A stretch of DNA of 64,000 bases from Podarcis vaucheri (lineage: Eukaryota): NCBI GenBank assembly GCA_965113315.1, contig OZ220382.1. The stretch is one strand, 5' to 3'. Shown here one piece after another: positions 1-11,577 of this stretch. How positions within the stretch are numbered: the first letter of the stretch is position 1; every line of letters begins with the position of its first letter. A program made the position numbers and the translations under genes. A model generated the notes under the pieces. The model had not been told where the DNA came from. It worked only from the letters and a program-made list of their open reading frames with translations, and did not search any database.

Positions 1-610
1 TCTATGACCTGCATAAGATAGGGGTATCCCCAAGGGGTCTCTGTTGGAGGAGTGTCATAGCCCTAGCCCCTGCCTGGATGTCAGACAGAAGCCACTCCCC
101 ATGGATCCCTTTAACAGGATACCATTAACCAAGGAAGGGCAAGCAGAGGCTACAACCTCCCCTCCAGCCAAAACCAAGGCTTCCCCAGTACCTAACCTCA
201 CGAAGTTGTAATGATTGCTACGAGGTAGGCAAACCAAATGGCCAGTGCCAATTTGCCAAGTGGAAAAAATTCCTGCATGGCCCCAATATGGCAGCCAACA
301 TGATCCATAGCAAGGTCATAGTATGAATTGCAACAAAATTAGAGGGAGGGAGATCCGGCAGAAGAAGGGACTGCCAGGCTGGGCCACAGTTTATACCGCC
401 CCTCCTGGGAGCAGGCCCAGGTGGTGCTGATTGGCTGGCTGGGCCTGCCCCCAGGGAAAGCCCACCCAAGACCTGCGGGCTCAGGTCAGTCGCCAGTAGG
501 CAGTCAGTTAAACCCCGCCCCCCTCACCAGATCACTGCAGGGCCCATGCTCTGGCCGCAATACCACCCACCAGATAAGGTGAGGGGAATTATTGGCACCT
601 CTAAGCTCGT
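1..610 (-). repeat. Unclassified LTR-like repeat (possibly DIRS/Ngaro terminal repeat), related to 32.0-32.76 kb
   Basis: Minus-strand ggggccatgcaggaattttttccacttggcaaattggc...ggtttgcctacctc resembles ggggccaaggaggaattttctcctgcaagcaaattggc...ggtttttgcttacctc at 32331-32394. The class assignment is tentative. Confidence 0.45.
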
Positions 611-1749
611 TTGCCCTCAGGGTTCAGGGGAATAGAATCTGTTGCTTTTCCCGCTTCTCATTATCCCGAGGCCCATCTTGATGACTTCATCAATCTTTCC
701 AAATATTAAAAATAAGAACATGCTCCTCTATTCCTCATCTTGCGGTAAATAAGAGATTGAAATGAAATGAAATACTATCTTCCTGTTTGTGGCAAGCACC
801 AGCCCTTCAGTTTCCAGAGGGTTGTCAAGGGCTCGATTGGGAAGGCATCTGACCCAAGAAAGGGGGGCCCCTGCTGAATTTTGCAGTCTTCTCGCTCACT
901 CAGCAAATAAACAGCACGGGGCTCTCCTCCTCCCCGCCCCCCTGCCCGGCCTTCCCCAGACTCCTTTCCCTTCCATTTCACACAGACCAGGCCTGTTGCA
1001 AGACAGGTGGAGCAATCTGGGCCCTGAGTAATAGTGGAAAATCCGAGTGCATTGGAAAGATAAACAGCCCTGTGCAGATAGTATAAAAGTCCTTTTTCTA
1101 GCACATACCAGGTAAGCCTCAAATGACCGAAACTGTAAAAACACACCAAGGTTTCCCCACAGACAGATTAAATTAGCCTTCAGAATTAGCAGGGGGGAAA
1201 GGGTAATGTATGTGTGTGTGCATAGACCACCACACTTTTCGTAAAAACCTGATGAGACTGAACACATGCAAAATAAATGCCACCAGTGTGTTGCCATGAA
1301 ATAGCTTGATAAAATGGTATCCTGTCTCTCAGTATCCTGTTGCTCAGTGGAGGAGCATCCACTTTGCAGAAGTCGCCACAGGTTCGTTCCCTGGCATCTC
1401 CTGGTAGGACTGGGAATGTCAAGTGTATGAAATTCTGTTAGCCAGCGTAGACTGTACTGAGCTAGGTGGACCAATAGTCTGACTCCATGAAAGTCAGCTT
1501 TCTACGTTACTGTCTCTTAAGGAAAATGCCATAGCTGAGCTTTGTATGCAGACCACCGCAGGTTCAATCTCCAGGAACAGGGTTGCCATATTTAAAAAGT
1601 GAAAATCCGGACATGGTTTGGGGCACAGTTGTGAGCTTTTTAAAGTTTTGCCCATAGCTGTAATGAGCTAGATAGACCAGTGAGTCTGACTTGATATAAG
1701 ACAGTTCCTTCTGTTCCTAATGTCTCCCTGCTTCCTTTCCTCCATCTAG

Positions 1750-1821
1750 AACGTTGTCTGCACCGCTGAACTCAAGTGGTATCCTCATCCTGCACTGATC
1801 CACTGCATCAAGGGTTGTGAG
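1750..1821 (+). CDS. PAPPA: Pappalysin-1 internal coding exon (third from last; end of CCP5 into LNR3)
   Basis: Pyrimidine tract plus AG at 1748-1749 and GTGAG donor at 1822. The 72 nt phase 0/0 exon translates NVVCTAELKWYPHPALIHCIKGCE, matching the PAPPA motif KWYPHPALIHCxKGCE and not PAPPA2. Confidence 0.96.
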
Positions 1822-1885
1822 GTGAGCATCCATGAGCCAACTCTTGCATATGTATTCTTGTGTGTGTTAAACCAAGCAACACTAA

Positions 1886-2140
1886 GAAGAAGAGGAGGAG
1901 GAGGAGTTTGGATTTGATATCCTGATTTATCACAACCCTAAGGAGTCTCAAAGCGGTTAACAACCTCCTTTCCCTTCCACCCCCACAACAAACACTCTGT
2001 GAGGTGAGTGGGGCTGAGAGACTTCAGAGAACTGTGACTAGCCCAAGGTCACCCAGCAGCTGCATGTGGAGAAGCGGGGAATCGAACCCGGTTCACCAGA
2101 TTACGAGTTCACTGCTCTTAACCACTACAACACGCTGGCT
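1886..2140 (-). mobile_element. tRNA-derived SINE (Squam3-like)
   Basis: Minus-strand head GAGCCAGCGTGTTGTAGTGGTTAAGAGC...GGTTCGATTCCCC (A and B boxes), (CTC/CTT)n tail, and TSD cactaa. Confidence 0.8.
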
Positions 2141-2385
2141 CACTAATTAATAAGATGCATCAGCTGATTGTGGAGTTTTGTGGATCCCCTTGAAGCATGC
2201 TCCACAATATCTCTGAAGGCACCCCCCCCCCAAAAAAAATGTAATCTGACCTTAAATGATGTCAAACTTTGCCTGCAAGGGGTTTGGGAGATAAGAATCT
2301 GACCCACTGGGCAGATCCAGCTCCCTGTCCCTGTCCTAGCAAGAGGAATTCATTGTTCCTATTGAAACGCTGTTGGGTACACAGT

Positions 2386-2591
2386 TACAGATAGGTAGCC
2401 GTGTTGGTCTGCCATAGTCAAAATAAAAAAATTCCTTCCAGTAGCACCTTAAAGACCAACTAAGTTAGTTCTTGGTATGAGCTTTCATGTGCATGCAGAT
2501 ATGTATCTGAAGAAGTGTGCATGCACACGAAAGCTCATACCAAGAACTAACTTAGTTGGTCTTTAAGGTGCTACTGGAAGGAATTTTTTTA
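2386..2591. mobile_element. Penelope-like element remnant (inverted pseudo-LTR hairpin)
   Basis: About 75-bp near-perfect inverted repeat (2423-2497 vs 2518-2592), flanked by the 15-bp direct repeat tgttgggtacacagt (2371-2385 and 2592-2606). The ctgaagaag...gaaagctca motif is typical of reptile Penelope ends; the family call is from memory. Confidence 0.7.
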
Positions 2592-5207
2592 TGTTGGGTA
2601 CACAGTGCATTTCGCATGAGGCTACCCTTGTATGTGATCCAGAAGCTGCAGTTATAACAGAATGTGATGGCCAGGCAGCTCACAGGAGCAAGCTACTGGG
2701 CACATGTTACTTGCCAGCTGAGAGAGCTGCACTGGTTGCCAGTTTGCTACTGGACTAAGTCTGAGCTCCTTGAGTTAGTTCCTTGTGTCTGAAATTGGAG
2801 ATCAGGCATGGGGGTGAGGGAAGGAGCAGCTGCGGACATCAAATGGGTGGGGGGAGGAGAGAAAGCGGAGTCACTCCAGCACATGGTTTGAGGGGGAGGC
2901 GATGGGGGTGGGGGACCATCAAGCTAGGGCAGCCAGTTGTGGCAGCCAGCAAAGTTGCATGTCCACTGTGGCTGCTACTGCTGCTTTCCTGCTGACTGAG
3001 AATAGCTGCTCCACCAGGGGAAAGTAGTGCCACAGTGCCTTGAAGTATGGGAGATCAGCTACCCTGTTCTCTGTCAGTGTGAGCGGAAGGCAGCACCTTG
3101 CAATCAGCTGCCCTGGTCTCCCTCAGCATGAGGGAAGGCAGCTCAGATCAGCAGTGTTTTCGACAGAGATCATTGTGCAATATTGGCAGCGCCTTGAAAT
3201 CGGCTGCTTTGCTTTCCCTCGCGCGAGGAGCGCTATATTGCTGTGTATTGCTGGATCAAAATTGTTATCGTGATGTGATTTCAAAACCGATTTTGGCCAA
3301 TATATTGAAAAATTGCACAGCGCTAAAACATACCATAAAATTTGTGATATTACAGTGCAAAAATGACAAAAAAAATAGTTGGGGAGGAGGCAAGGGATGG
3401 GGCCGCAGACCCCCTAGTGCGTTCCACAAACCCCGAGAACTTCCTGGACCCCTAATTGGGAACTCCTGGCCTAGAGTTTAAGACATTCCTAATCCTACCT
3501 GGAGATGTCAAGGATTGAACCTAGGGCCTTCTGCATGCAAATCAGATGCTGTACCACTGAGCTATGACCATTTGCCTAATAATAAATTAAGACTCCGGCC
3601 TTCAGAGCTGATTTTAAATAAGAACATAGAGAGCTGCCATCCAATAAGTCAGACCATATAGCTCAGTATTGTGGCTCTCCAGGGTTTCAGATAGGAGGCA
3701 TTCCAAGCCCTACCTGGAGATGCCAAGAGTTGGAACCTTCAGTGTGCAAAGCAGATGTTCCGCCATTGAGCTACAGCCTTTCCCCAAAATTCAGTGTCTT
3801 CAAAAACCTTAAACTCTTAAAAAATAACCCCCACTGTTTCTCTTTTCTTTATTACCTCTTCTCACCTTAGAGCTTTCTGGTGACACTTACATCACTCATT
3901 TCACACTTTTCCTTGAACTAAAAATTACCTGCAACAAATTCCAGTTCCCCCTTTAGAGAAAAAACCACGTATATAGGAAGCAGAGGATTGAAAAGAAAGG
4001 GAGGAAGAGATGAAAGAGAATCTTAATACCTATGATTAGAAGTTGTCTCACTGCTCCATTAATAGATCTGTGTTTACGCTTTGCACTTAACTCATCTCCT
4101 TGAAATTAGCTCACTCGCTCTTGAGGTGTGTATGTGCATACAGACATAGTTTTGGCCAAGACGTGTTGTTTTCACTCCCTGGTACAGCTACAAGATTTGA
4201 TTAAGGGTATGTGTGTGAATTTTCCAGTAGGTCTCCTATGTTTGCTTAAAGTCATTGCAAAGCTAAAGAAAAGGGATGAGGGTGTGAAAGATGGAGCTCT
4301 GAGCAGCTTGGAGGAAGGCAAACAATAACCACACAACAATGTGCAACGAAAGGATGCCAAGGTGTACACATGTGAATGTATTCAAATGATCCTCCTAGCC
4401 AGTCTTCCCCAAGCTGCTGCCCTTCAGATGTTCTCAGACTACAACTTCCATCATCTGTGACTGTTGGTCATGCTGGCTGGGTGTTATAGGAGCTGTTGAC
4501 TGACATCATCTGTAAGGAACCATCGTGGAGTAGTCTGCTCCAAGCTCGTGGAAAGAGATCAGAAGTGATCTCTCTACTTCCCTTCTCTCTTCCTCTCCTT
4601 CCCTTTCAACTTAAGAAATTGTCCAACCATCAGACCATAGTTTCCCATTCCATCAAAGCATAGTAAAGTATGGTTTTTATAAAGCAAGCCATAGATTGCT
4701 TACAAACCAGGAGTCATATTCCAGGGTGTGGTCTGTATAAACACATGAAATAACGACTTTAATGAAGCTAATCAGGCCTGGTTCTGGTAAGTTCCTGGTT
4801 GGGTGACCGCTTCAGAACCACATGTTTGTCATCTTGGGAAGATAGTGTGGAACGTAAAAATCATAATTTTACAATCATGTGTATTTGTGGGTTGGGTTGA
4901 AGGACTTGGACGTTTATCCTTGACAACAGGAGTATGCCCAAGACTGGAATATGCCTGAGACCCCTTCTTCATTTATGAGCTAGAAGGCATAATCCCCTTG
5001 AGATTATTCAGAAGTTTAATTTAGTTCAGAATCTGGCCGCTTGGATTCTGAAAGTTTTAGCTAAGTGAAACTATATTATACCAACTCTGAAAGAATGACA
5101 TTGGCTGCCTACTCGTCCCTGAGCCTGATTCAAGTGTTGATGTTAACCTTTAAAGCAGGGTTGGGAACCTATGGCTCCCAGAGACTGTTGGACTTCCATT
5201 CTTATGG

Positions 5208-5412
5208 GGCGGGGCAATAACTCAGGGGTAGAGCATCTGCATTGTGCGTAGAAGGTCCCATGGTTCAATTCCCCAATGGCATCGCCAGGTAGAGCTGTGT
5301 GAGAGGCCCTTCTTTGAAATCCTGGAGAGATGCTGCCAATCAGTGTAGGCAGTGCTGAGCAAGAAAATTCATTGGTCTGACTCAGCGTAAGCTTTCTCTG
5401 ACCTCTGTTCCT
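5208..5412 (+). mobile_element. Old tRNA-derived SINE with CR1-like tail (family with about 10 copies in the window)
   Basis: Head (t)aactcaggggtagagcatctgc...ggttcaattcc and tail ggtctgactcag...gttcct. Related copies lie near 3480-3785(-), 8665-8835(+), 9375-9550(-), 13460-13635(-), 40270-40880(-), 47205-47380(+) and 52610-52805(+). Confidence 0.7.
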
Positions 5413-5555
5413 GTAAGTCCCAGCCTGCAGGCCAAAGATGGTGGGAATTGGTGTGCAACAACAGCTGGAGGATCACAACTTCCCTATTCCTCCGTTAAGG
5501 TTCTAAAGGTCTCAGGACCTATATACCTGAAGGAACACTTCTTCCTGTACCATCC

Positions 5556-5727
5556 TGTTTGTGCAGTAAGATCCTTAAATAAAGCCCTTCTCCGACAACC
5601 ATCAGTTGGGGAAGCCTGGTTATGTTTGCACAAAGGAGAGGTGTTTGTGCAGTAAGATCCTTAAATAAAGCCCTTCTCCGACAACCATCAGTTGGGGAAG
5701 CCTGGTTATGTATGCACAAAGGAGAGG
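5556..5727. repeat. Tandem duplication, 2 x 86 bp
   Basis: 5556-5641 and 5642-5727 differ by a single substitution. Confidence 0.95.
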
Positions 5728-5878
5728 ATCTTTTCTGTGATGGCATCCCGGCTTTGGCACACACTCCCTAGAATGGCTCTGTGATTCATTTCATGCCATT
5801 ATCTCAGGCATTTTAAGCTGGTTTCTAAAATATGCAGTGATGGTGGCGTTGAAGGAAGATTAAATGAATTAATGGCAG

Positions 5879-6314
5879 TGTAATGGGTATGAGTTACTCG
5901 TGCGTAAACTGGTGCCTTTCTCGGCTAATTTGCCTTGTTAAAACTTTCTGACTGCACAGCCCCTTCTCATGGTGGCTGCCTCAGTCACTGGCAGAATCCG
6001 TCAGTGGGTGTTTCTTGAACCTCTTCCAACATAAAAGTTGTTTGACACCCAGTCTCCTCCTCCTCTCACTGCGCGGGAGTCTTCTGCGCAGGGAAGGCGT
6101 GGGTAGCGGAGGACCTGGGCTCTCCTCACTGATGTCCAGTGAAGAGTCCTGGAGCCCTCTCTCCACTTCCCCCGTCTGCCCCCCTTTATCCCTGGTGTTG
6201 CGCTGATTGGCTTCCCCCTCTACTGAGCTGTTTCTCCCCCTGCTGCTGGGTCCTTCGCCAGCATGATCTGGGAGCCTCCCTTTCGCCTCTCGCTCCGATA
6301 TCAGTTCCCTGACA
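5879..6314 (-). mobile_element. Solo LTR (Gypsy-type), 436 bp
   Basis: TG...CA termini with perfect 5-bp TSD GGCAG (5874-5878 and 6315-6319). The minus-strand start TGTCAGGGAACTG and the length resemble the Gypsy LTR at 33.4-33.8 kb. Confidence 0.8.
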
Positions 6315-6547
6315 GGCAGCAAAGGCTATCAATGGAAAATAACCATGCTGGTTATTTTCTCCCTGCACTGTTGGAGGCAGCAAACCTCTGAATGCCTGTT
6401 GCTGGGAATCACCAGTGGGGAAAGCACTGTTGCACTCAAGTCCTGCTTGTGAGCCTCTCAGAGGCATCTGGGTAACCCGTGTGAGAACACGATGCTGGCC
6501 TAGATGGGCCTGTGGAAGAGTTTTGTTGCTGTTTCTGTTCTACTGTA

Positions 6548-6805
6548 CAGTGGTACCTCGGGCTAAGAACTTAATTCATTCTGGAGGTTCGTTCTTAACC
6601 TGAAACTGTTCTTAACCTGAAGCACCACTTTAGCTAATGGGGCCTCCCACTGCCGCTGCACTGCCACCGCACGATTTCTGTTCTCATCCTGAAGCAAATT
6701 TCTTAACCCATGGTACTATTTTTGGGTCAGCAGAGTCTGTAACCTGAAGCGTCTGTAACCTGAAGCATCTGTAACCTGAAGCATATGTAACCCGAGGTAC
6801 CACTG
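6548..6805. mobile_element. Tc1/mariner-pogo-type MITE
   Basis: TIR CAGTGGTACCTCGGG / CCCGAGGTACCACTG, TA duplication on both sides, and internal 16-bp tandem repeats (tctgtaacctgaagc). Confidence 0.9.
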
Positions 6806-8043
6806 TATTGTGTTGCTGTACAGTGCCCTAGAGTCCATCAATGAATAAAGAGGAATTTAGAAATTTACAATGAGCAAGCTGACAGCTCTCCTGTCATGGT
6901 ACTCAATGAAGGGCATTGATGCTCCCCTCTAGCCCCTCAAGGGCAGGTTTGCGTATGGAGAGAGGGGAATAACTGTGATTTAAAAACTTATGGGGTCTAA
7001 AATGTTTCACAGTGTCCCCTTGAAATATTTATGAGCTTGACCTTGGCTCCACAGAAAGGAAAGAGTGCCAAAATGTCCTCACTGATTGTTCTTCAGATGT
7101 CCCTATGTTTTATTTCTCCTGCTATTAAAAAACAAAACAAAACAAAACCCCACACAATTAATTAGCTGCAAACAAAACAAGGGCTGCTTTTAGCTCCCTA
7201 CTTCATTTTCCAGAGACAGTTTCTTCTTCCGAAAGGACAGTGTGTCTCCATCTAGGATTAGCGGAACAGGAGAGCCCTAATGGTCACATAATGGGAACTG
7301 TGGGATGCAATTAAGTGACCCCCACCTGCAAAAACAGCAGCAGGCAGGACAGTTTCATGGGGAAACAATGAAATGGTGTGATTTTTGTGCAAGCAGCCAA
7401 CTGTGTTATAAGTGCGTGAGAAGAGCCCTGCTTCTGGATCAGGCCAAAGATCCATCTAGCCTAGCATTGTGTCCTCACTAGGTCAGCCAGGTGCCCCAAT
7501 GAGATGCCTGCAAGTAGGACCTGAGCACAACAGCGCTTTCCCCACCTTTGAATGCTAGTAAATGGCATTCAGAGGCACACTGCCTCCAACTTTGGACATG
7601 GAACATCATTATAGCTAGTAGTTATTGAAAGCCTGCTCCCCCTTGTATTTGTCCAATCCACTTTACAAGCCACCCAAGTTGGTGGTCACCCACTGCATCT
7701 TGTGGGAGTGAATTGCACAGTTTAAGTATGTGCCATGCAAAAGTGGAATTTGGAAGTCAGAACTCATCAGCCATTCAAAGGCAACTTCAAGCCCTGCTTG
7801 GCTAGGCGTGGATTTACCTTTGTGGCACAGCATGCGGCATGTCACAGGAGAGGTGAAATGAATCACCGGTTGTAATAGTGACACCAGGTAATTGACCAAT
7901 AGGCCTTGTCCATCAGCCAGAAGCCCTGCTGGGGGATAAGTGCCGTTGTGCCCAGGTCTTGTTTGTAGGCTTCCCATTGGGGCATCTAGTTGGCCACTGT
8001 GAGAGCAGGATGCCAGAGGAAGTGGGCCATTGGGCTGATCCAA

Positions 8044-8090
<47 letters not shown>
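8044..8090. repeat. (TGT)n microsatellite
   Basis: About 15 uninterrupted units followed by (CGT)n, ending about 37 nt upstream of a PAPPA acceptor. Confidence 0.97.
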
Positions 8091-8091
<1 letters not shown>

Positions 8092-8127
8092 CATCGTCGT
8101 CGTCTCAATTTGGCTTCTTTCTTTCAG

Positions 8128-8226
8128 CCTTTTATGGGAGACAACTATTGTGATGGGAACAATAACCGAGCCTTTTGCAACTATGATGGTGGGGACTGTT
8201 GTGCCTCAACAGTGAAGACTAAAAAG
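8128..8226 (+). CDS. PAPPA: Pappalysin-1 penultimate coding exon (LNR3 module)
   Basis: tttctttcAG acceptor and AAG|GTAAG donor. The 99 nt exon translates [33 protein letters not shown], the LNR signature, in frame with both neighbouring exons. Confidence 0.97.
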
Positions 8227-9740
8227 GTAAGCTGGCACCCTCCTGATTTTATTGCAGCCCCCATATGGAAGAAGAACACTAGAGGGAAGTGTATTGCTGT
8301 TACTTCATTAGGGCAGTGTTAGGCAACCTGTGGCCCTCCAGGTGCTATGGAACAACAACTCACATCATATCCCTAGCCACTGGCTGTGCTGGCAGGGGCA
8401 GATAGGAGTTAAGAAGGCATCTCAAAGGCTACATGTTCCTCATCTCTGTGTTAGGGATGTCAGTGACAGATCTCCTGCAGATAGTCCTGTGTTCAAAGGC
8501 ATAGCTTGCTTTGTTCAGATGTGCCAGAAAGTACTGGTACATTTGGGGATGTTTTGTTTCCTGTGGAACATGCTGCCACTCTTTTTACTTTTTTCTTGTC
8601 TAGATGCTGGGCCTTAACTACCATGATGTGTTAGGAGAGCACCAATCAGAGTTAATATTTTAATGGGGTAAATTACTAGCTCAGTGGTAGAGTGACTGCT
8701 TCACATGCATGTTGAGTCTCCAGCCTCTTCAGGTAGGGCTGGTGGTGACCCCACTCTGAAACTCTGGAGAGTCACAGCTGCCAGTCAGTGTAGATAATGG
8801 TCTGACTCTGAATAAGGCAGCTTCCTATGTTCCTAGTAGGTAACTGGCTGATTTCTATCCTGACTCACTTCTGTTGAAATGGAAGAAGCGCTGCAACACT
8901 AGAATAGAACCTCTCCAAAGTGGAGGACACAGATCTGCCAGAAATTCTTAAAAATATTGGCCGTATTTAAACAATGAAATAAATGCACAAAGTATTGGAC
9001 ATTTGGTGTTTTTCTGCAAACACTGAGCAGTTAGTACAAAGTCAACGTGTTCCCTGCCACTTGTAACAGTGAATCAAAATAGAGGTCAAAATGTACTGTC
9101 CAAGTAAAGTAACAAAGCTTTTGGTGAGATGTGAACACATCTGGAGCGGATAGCGGAGTAAAATTATCTATATCAAAATTTATCTACATCAGAGGTAGGC
9201 AATGTGGTGCCCTCTGTATCTTTTTGGACTGAAACTCCCATCATTTTTGGCTAATAGTTATGCTGCCCTGGCATGATAGGAGTAGGAAGCCAACAAAATC
9301 TTTAGGGCATTATACTGACTATTCCAGATCTGTATATTTGCTCCAAAACAATTGAATTGAATGAATGCAAGCACATTAGGAGAACAGAGAGCTGCCATAC
9401 TGAGCCATACTTTTAGTCCGTCTAGCTCAGAATTGTATACACTTATTAGCGGTGTTTCTGACAGGGGTCAGTCCCAGCCCTACCTTGAGATGCCCGGGAT
9501 TGAACCTAGGACCTTCTGCATGCAAAGGAGATGTTCTGCCAACTAAGCTACAATTACCATTTATTGTTTGATGCTTTTTGTTTCTGCTTGGAAATTGTGA
9601 TTCAGTTTATGCCCCTCTTTGTAATGTGTGTTGTTCTGTGGCTTCCAGGAGCTTGCAGGTACCTGTTGGGTATGGGATTCAGACTCTTGGTCATTCGGAC
9701 AGTGGGGCCCAGCCCTGAGAAGTATTTTCCTTTCTGTGAT

Positions 9741-10289
9741 CAGGGGCGTCTTACCCATAGACATTAGTGGCGCAGGGCGCCAGAGTGCCAGATTTTGGAG
9801 GGCGCCACAGGCTAAGTGTCCGGGTTGGAGAGTCAGTGTGCGCTCCCTTCCCTGTGCTGGGGCAGCCCGCTCCTCTCCTCTCAGCCACCCATCGGAGCAT
9901 GCTGTCTCCGGCTCAGGGAAGCCCCTTTGCGTCCCCTCTGGGGCTGCCTGGGTGTCTGGTGGGTGCAATCGGGGACAGGGGCGGCGTGGGGTGGGCGTGT
10001 CTCTCCCACCCCTTTCTGGCCGCATCTCTGCCTGTGCGCCTCCCTGCGGAGTCTGCGAGTGGAGCAGGGAAGTGCCTGTGCAATCCCGGCACCAAGCAAA
10101 GATGGGAGGCCGTCTGGGTTGCGATCCAGGCGCCTCTTACTTACATGCAGCACCGAGCGCGCGTCAGACCATGTGATGTAAACGAGCCAGACCGAAGTCG
10201 CCCCCCCCTTAAAAAAGGTCGACAACTCTGGGAAATGGGGTGGGGGAGATATTTGCACCACGGTGCCGGATATGCTTAAGACGGCCCTG
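9741..10289. mobile_element. GC/CpG-rich hAT-type non-autonomous transposon
   Basis: TIR CAGGGGCGTCTTA / TAAGACGGCCCTG and 8-bp TSD tctgtgat / tctgtgac. Confidence 0.85.
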
Positions 10290-10579
10290 TCTGTGACCCT
10301 TGACTGTAAAGCAGATTCTTGCCATCGTTTGCTGAAATAGAGTAACCTCACTTCCATCCTTGCTTTGCCCTTTGAGGTACTTTGTTAGTGGAATGTTAAA
10401 ATGGTATGTTCCAAAAGGGGGAGGAGAATGAAAGGCAAGAGAAAGGAGGGTGTTATGTATCAAAATACTCTGACTGCTTTGTCTTCCAAGCATGATTATG
10501 CCACCTTCACAAAAACAAGCCTAGAATGAACTTGGATGTGAAGGCCAAGCTAAGGAAAGTGGAGAGGGAAATGAAAGGA

Positions 10580-10995
10580 AGGGCATGAGAGAGAAATTTG
10601 ATAAAGTTTGCATATTTAAATATGAATCTGCCTAATTTGCACTTTCTGAAATAACATGCACACCAGAACACAGCCAACTTTCAAAATTTACACTTCTCCA
10701 AATTTTGCAATGCAGTTTCCCACCCCAATAATATGCGCAGAAATGCATATAACCAAAGTAAAATGTGCATAAAAGATACTTGGGAAAACAAAGTAGAAAA
10801 ATTCACTATAGCTGGGGAAATTGTCTTGCAAAAATGTGTCTATTAGACAAAATTGCATTAAAAATGTGTCTCTTAGGAGAAAATTGCAGTAAAATGCTGA
10901 CAAATTTTCACAAGGACTTAAAAAAATAAATATTACAACCTGAAGTGGAGACCTGAACTTAATACTGGAAAACAGACAAACTGAAATGGATGATT
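10580..10995 (+). repeat. Unclassified AT-rich interspersed repeat (related copies near 23835-24350 + and 48990-49312 -)
   Basis: Shared motifs (aattt)gcactttctgaa, cacttct..aattttgcaatgc and aaaattgcat across three loci. Confidence 0.6.
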
Positions 10996-11577
10996 TGCAA
11001 AGGTTTTTCAAGACACACGCTCCTATGAACCAGGCAGGCTGTCTTGCTAGTTCAGCAGGAAGGCAGTGTGTAGCCAGCCAGCAGAATGAACATGTTAATC
11101 TACTGAGCCGCTTGCCCTGCAATTGACCTGGGAGCGTCTTTGAGGCTCAACAAAGAGTGTTCCATCCAGCCTTTCCTAACTAATGGCAGGGAATGGGGCC
11201 TTCTTCTAGGGATCCAGAGGGGATAAGGTCCTCTATTAAGGACAAACAAAATCCTATTTCCTTTTAATGTCTGCGACCTCCTGACCCTCCCCAGATTCCC
11301 AGCTCCCTCATAGCTTGAATGCTTAGTGAAGCTTTCTACCTTCTTATTTTCTCCACTGCATAACAATTGTAAAGGGAGACAAATGCTTTAGAACAGCAGA
11401 ACTACACTGTTAAATTGAGCAAGCAAGCCAGCAATTGTGTTTGTGTGTGTGTATTGATGGTGGAGGCATTAACTGCATCCCTCTAGGGTGATTGTCGACC
11501 AGAAAGGGTTGGATTTTGCAGACATATTTTCAAATCATTTGGTTCCTGTTTATTTATTGTATTTATTGGTTTTCTGA

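Noticed and set aside
5208-5290. tRNA-like sequences (also at 8670, 11578, 13570, 47210 and 52615)
   Set aside because: They are SINE heads with degenerate A/B boxes that continue into SINE bodies. No intact cloverleaf.
7663-8322. Poly-Thr, poly-Leu and poly-Cys ORFs
   Set aside because: Translations of the (TGT)n microsatellite. Only 8128-8226 is real PAPPA coding sequence.
9561-10357. Cluster of 120-180 aa overlapping ORFs on both strands
   Set aside because: By-product of a GC-rich, stop-poor non-autonomous transposon with TIRs and TSD. No transposase motifs.
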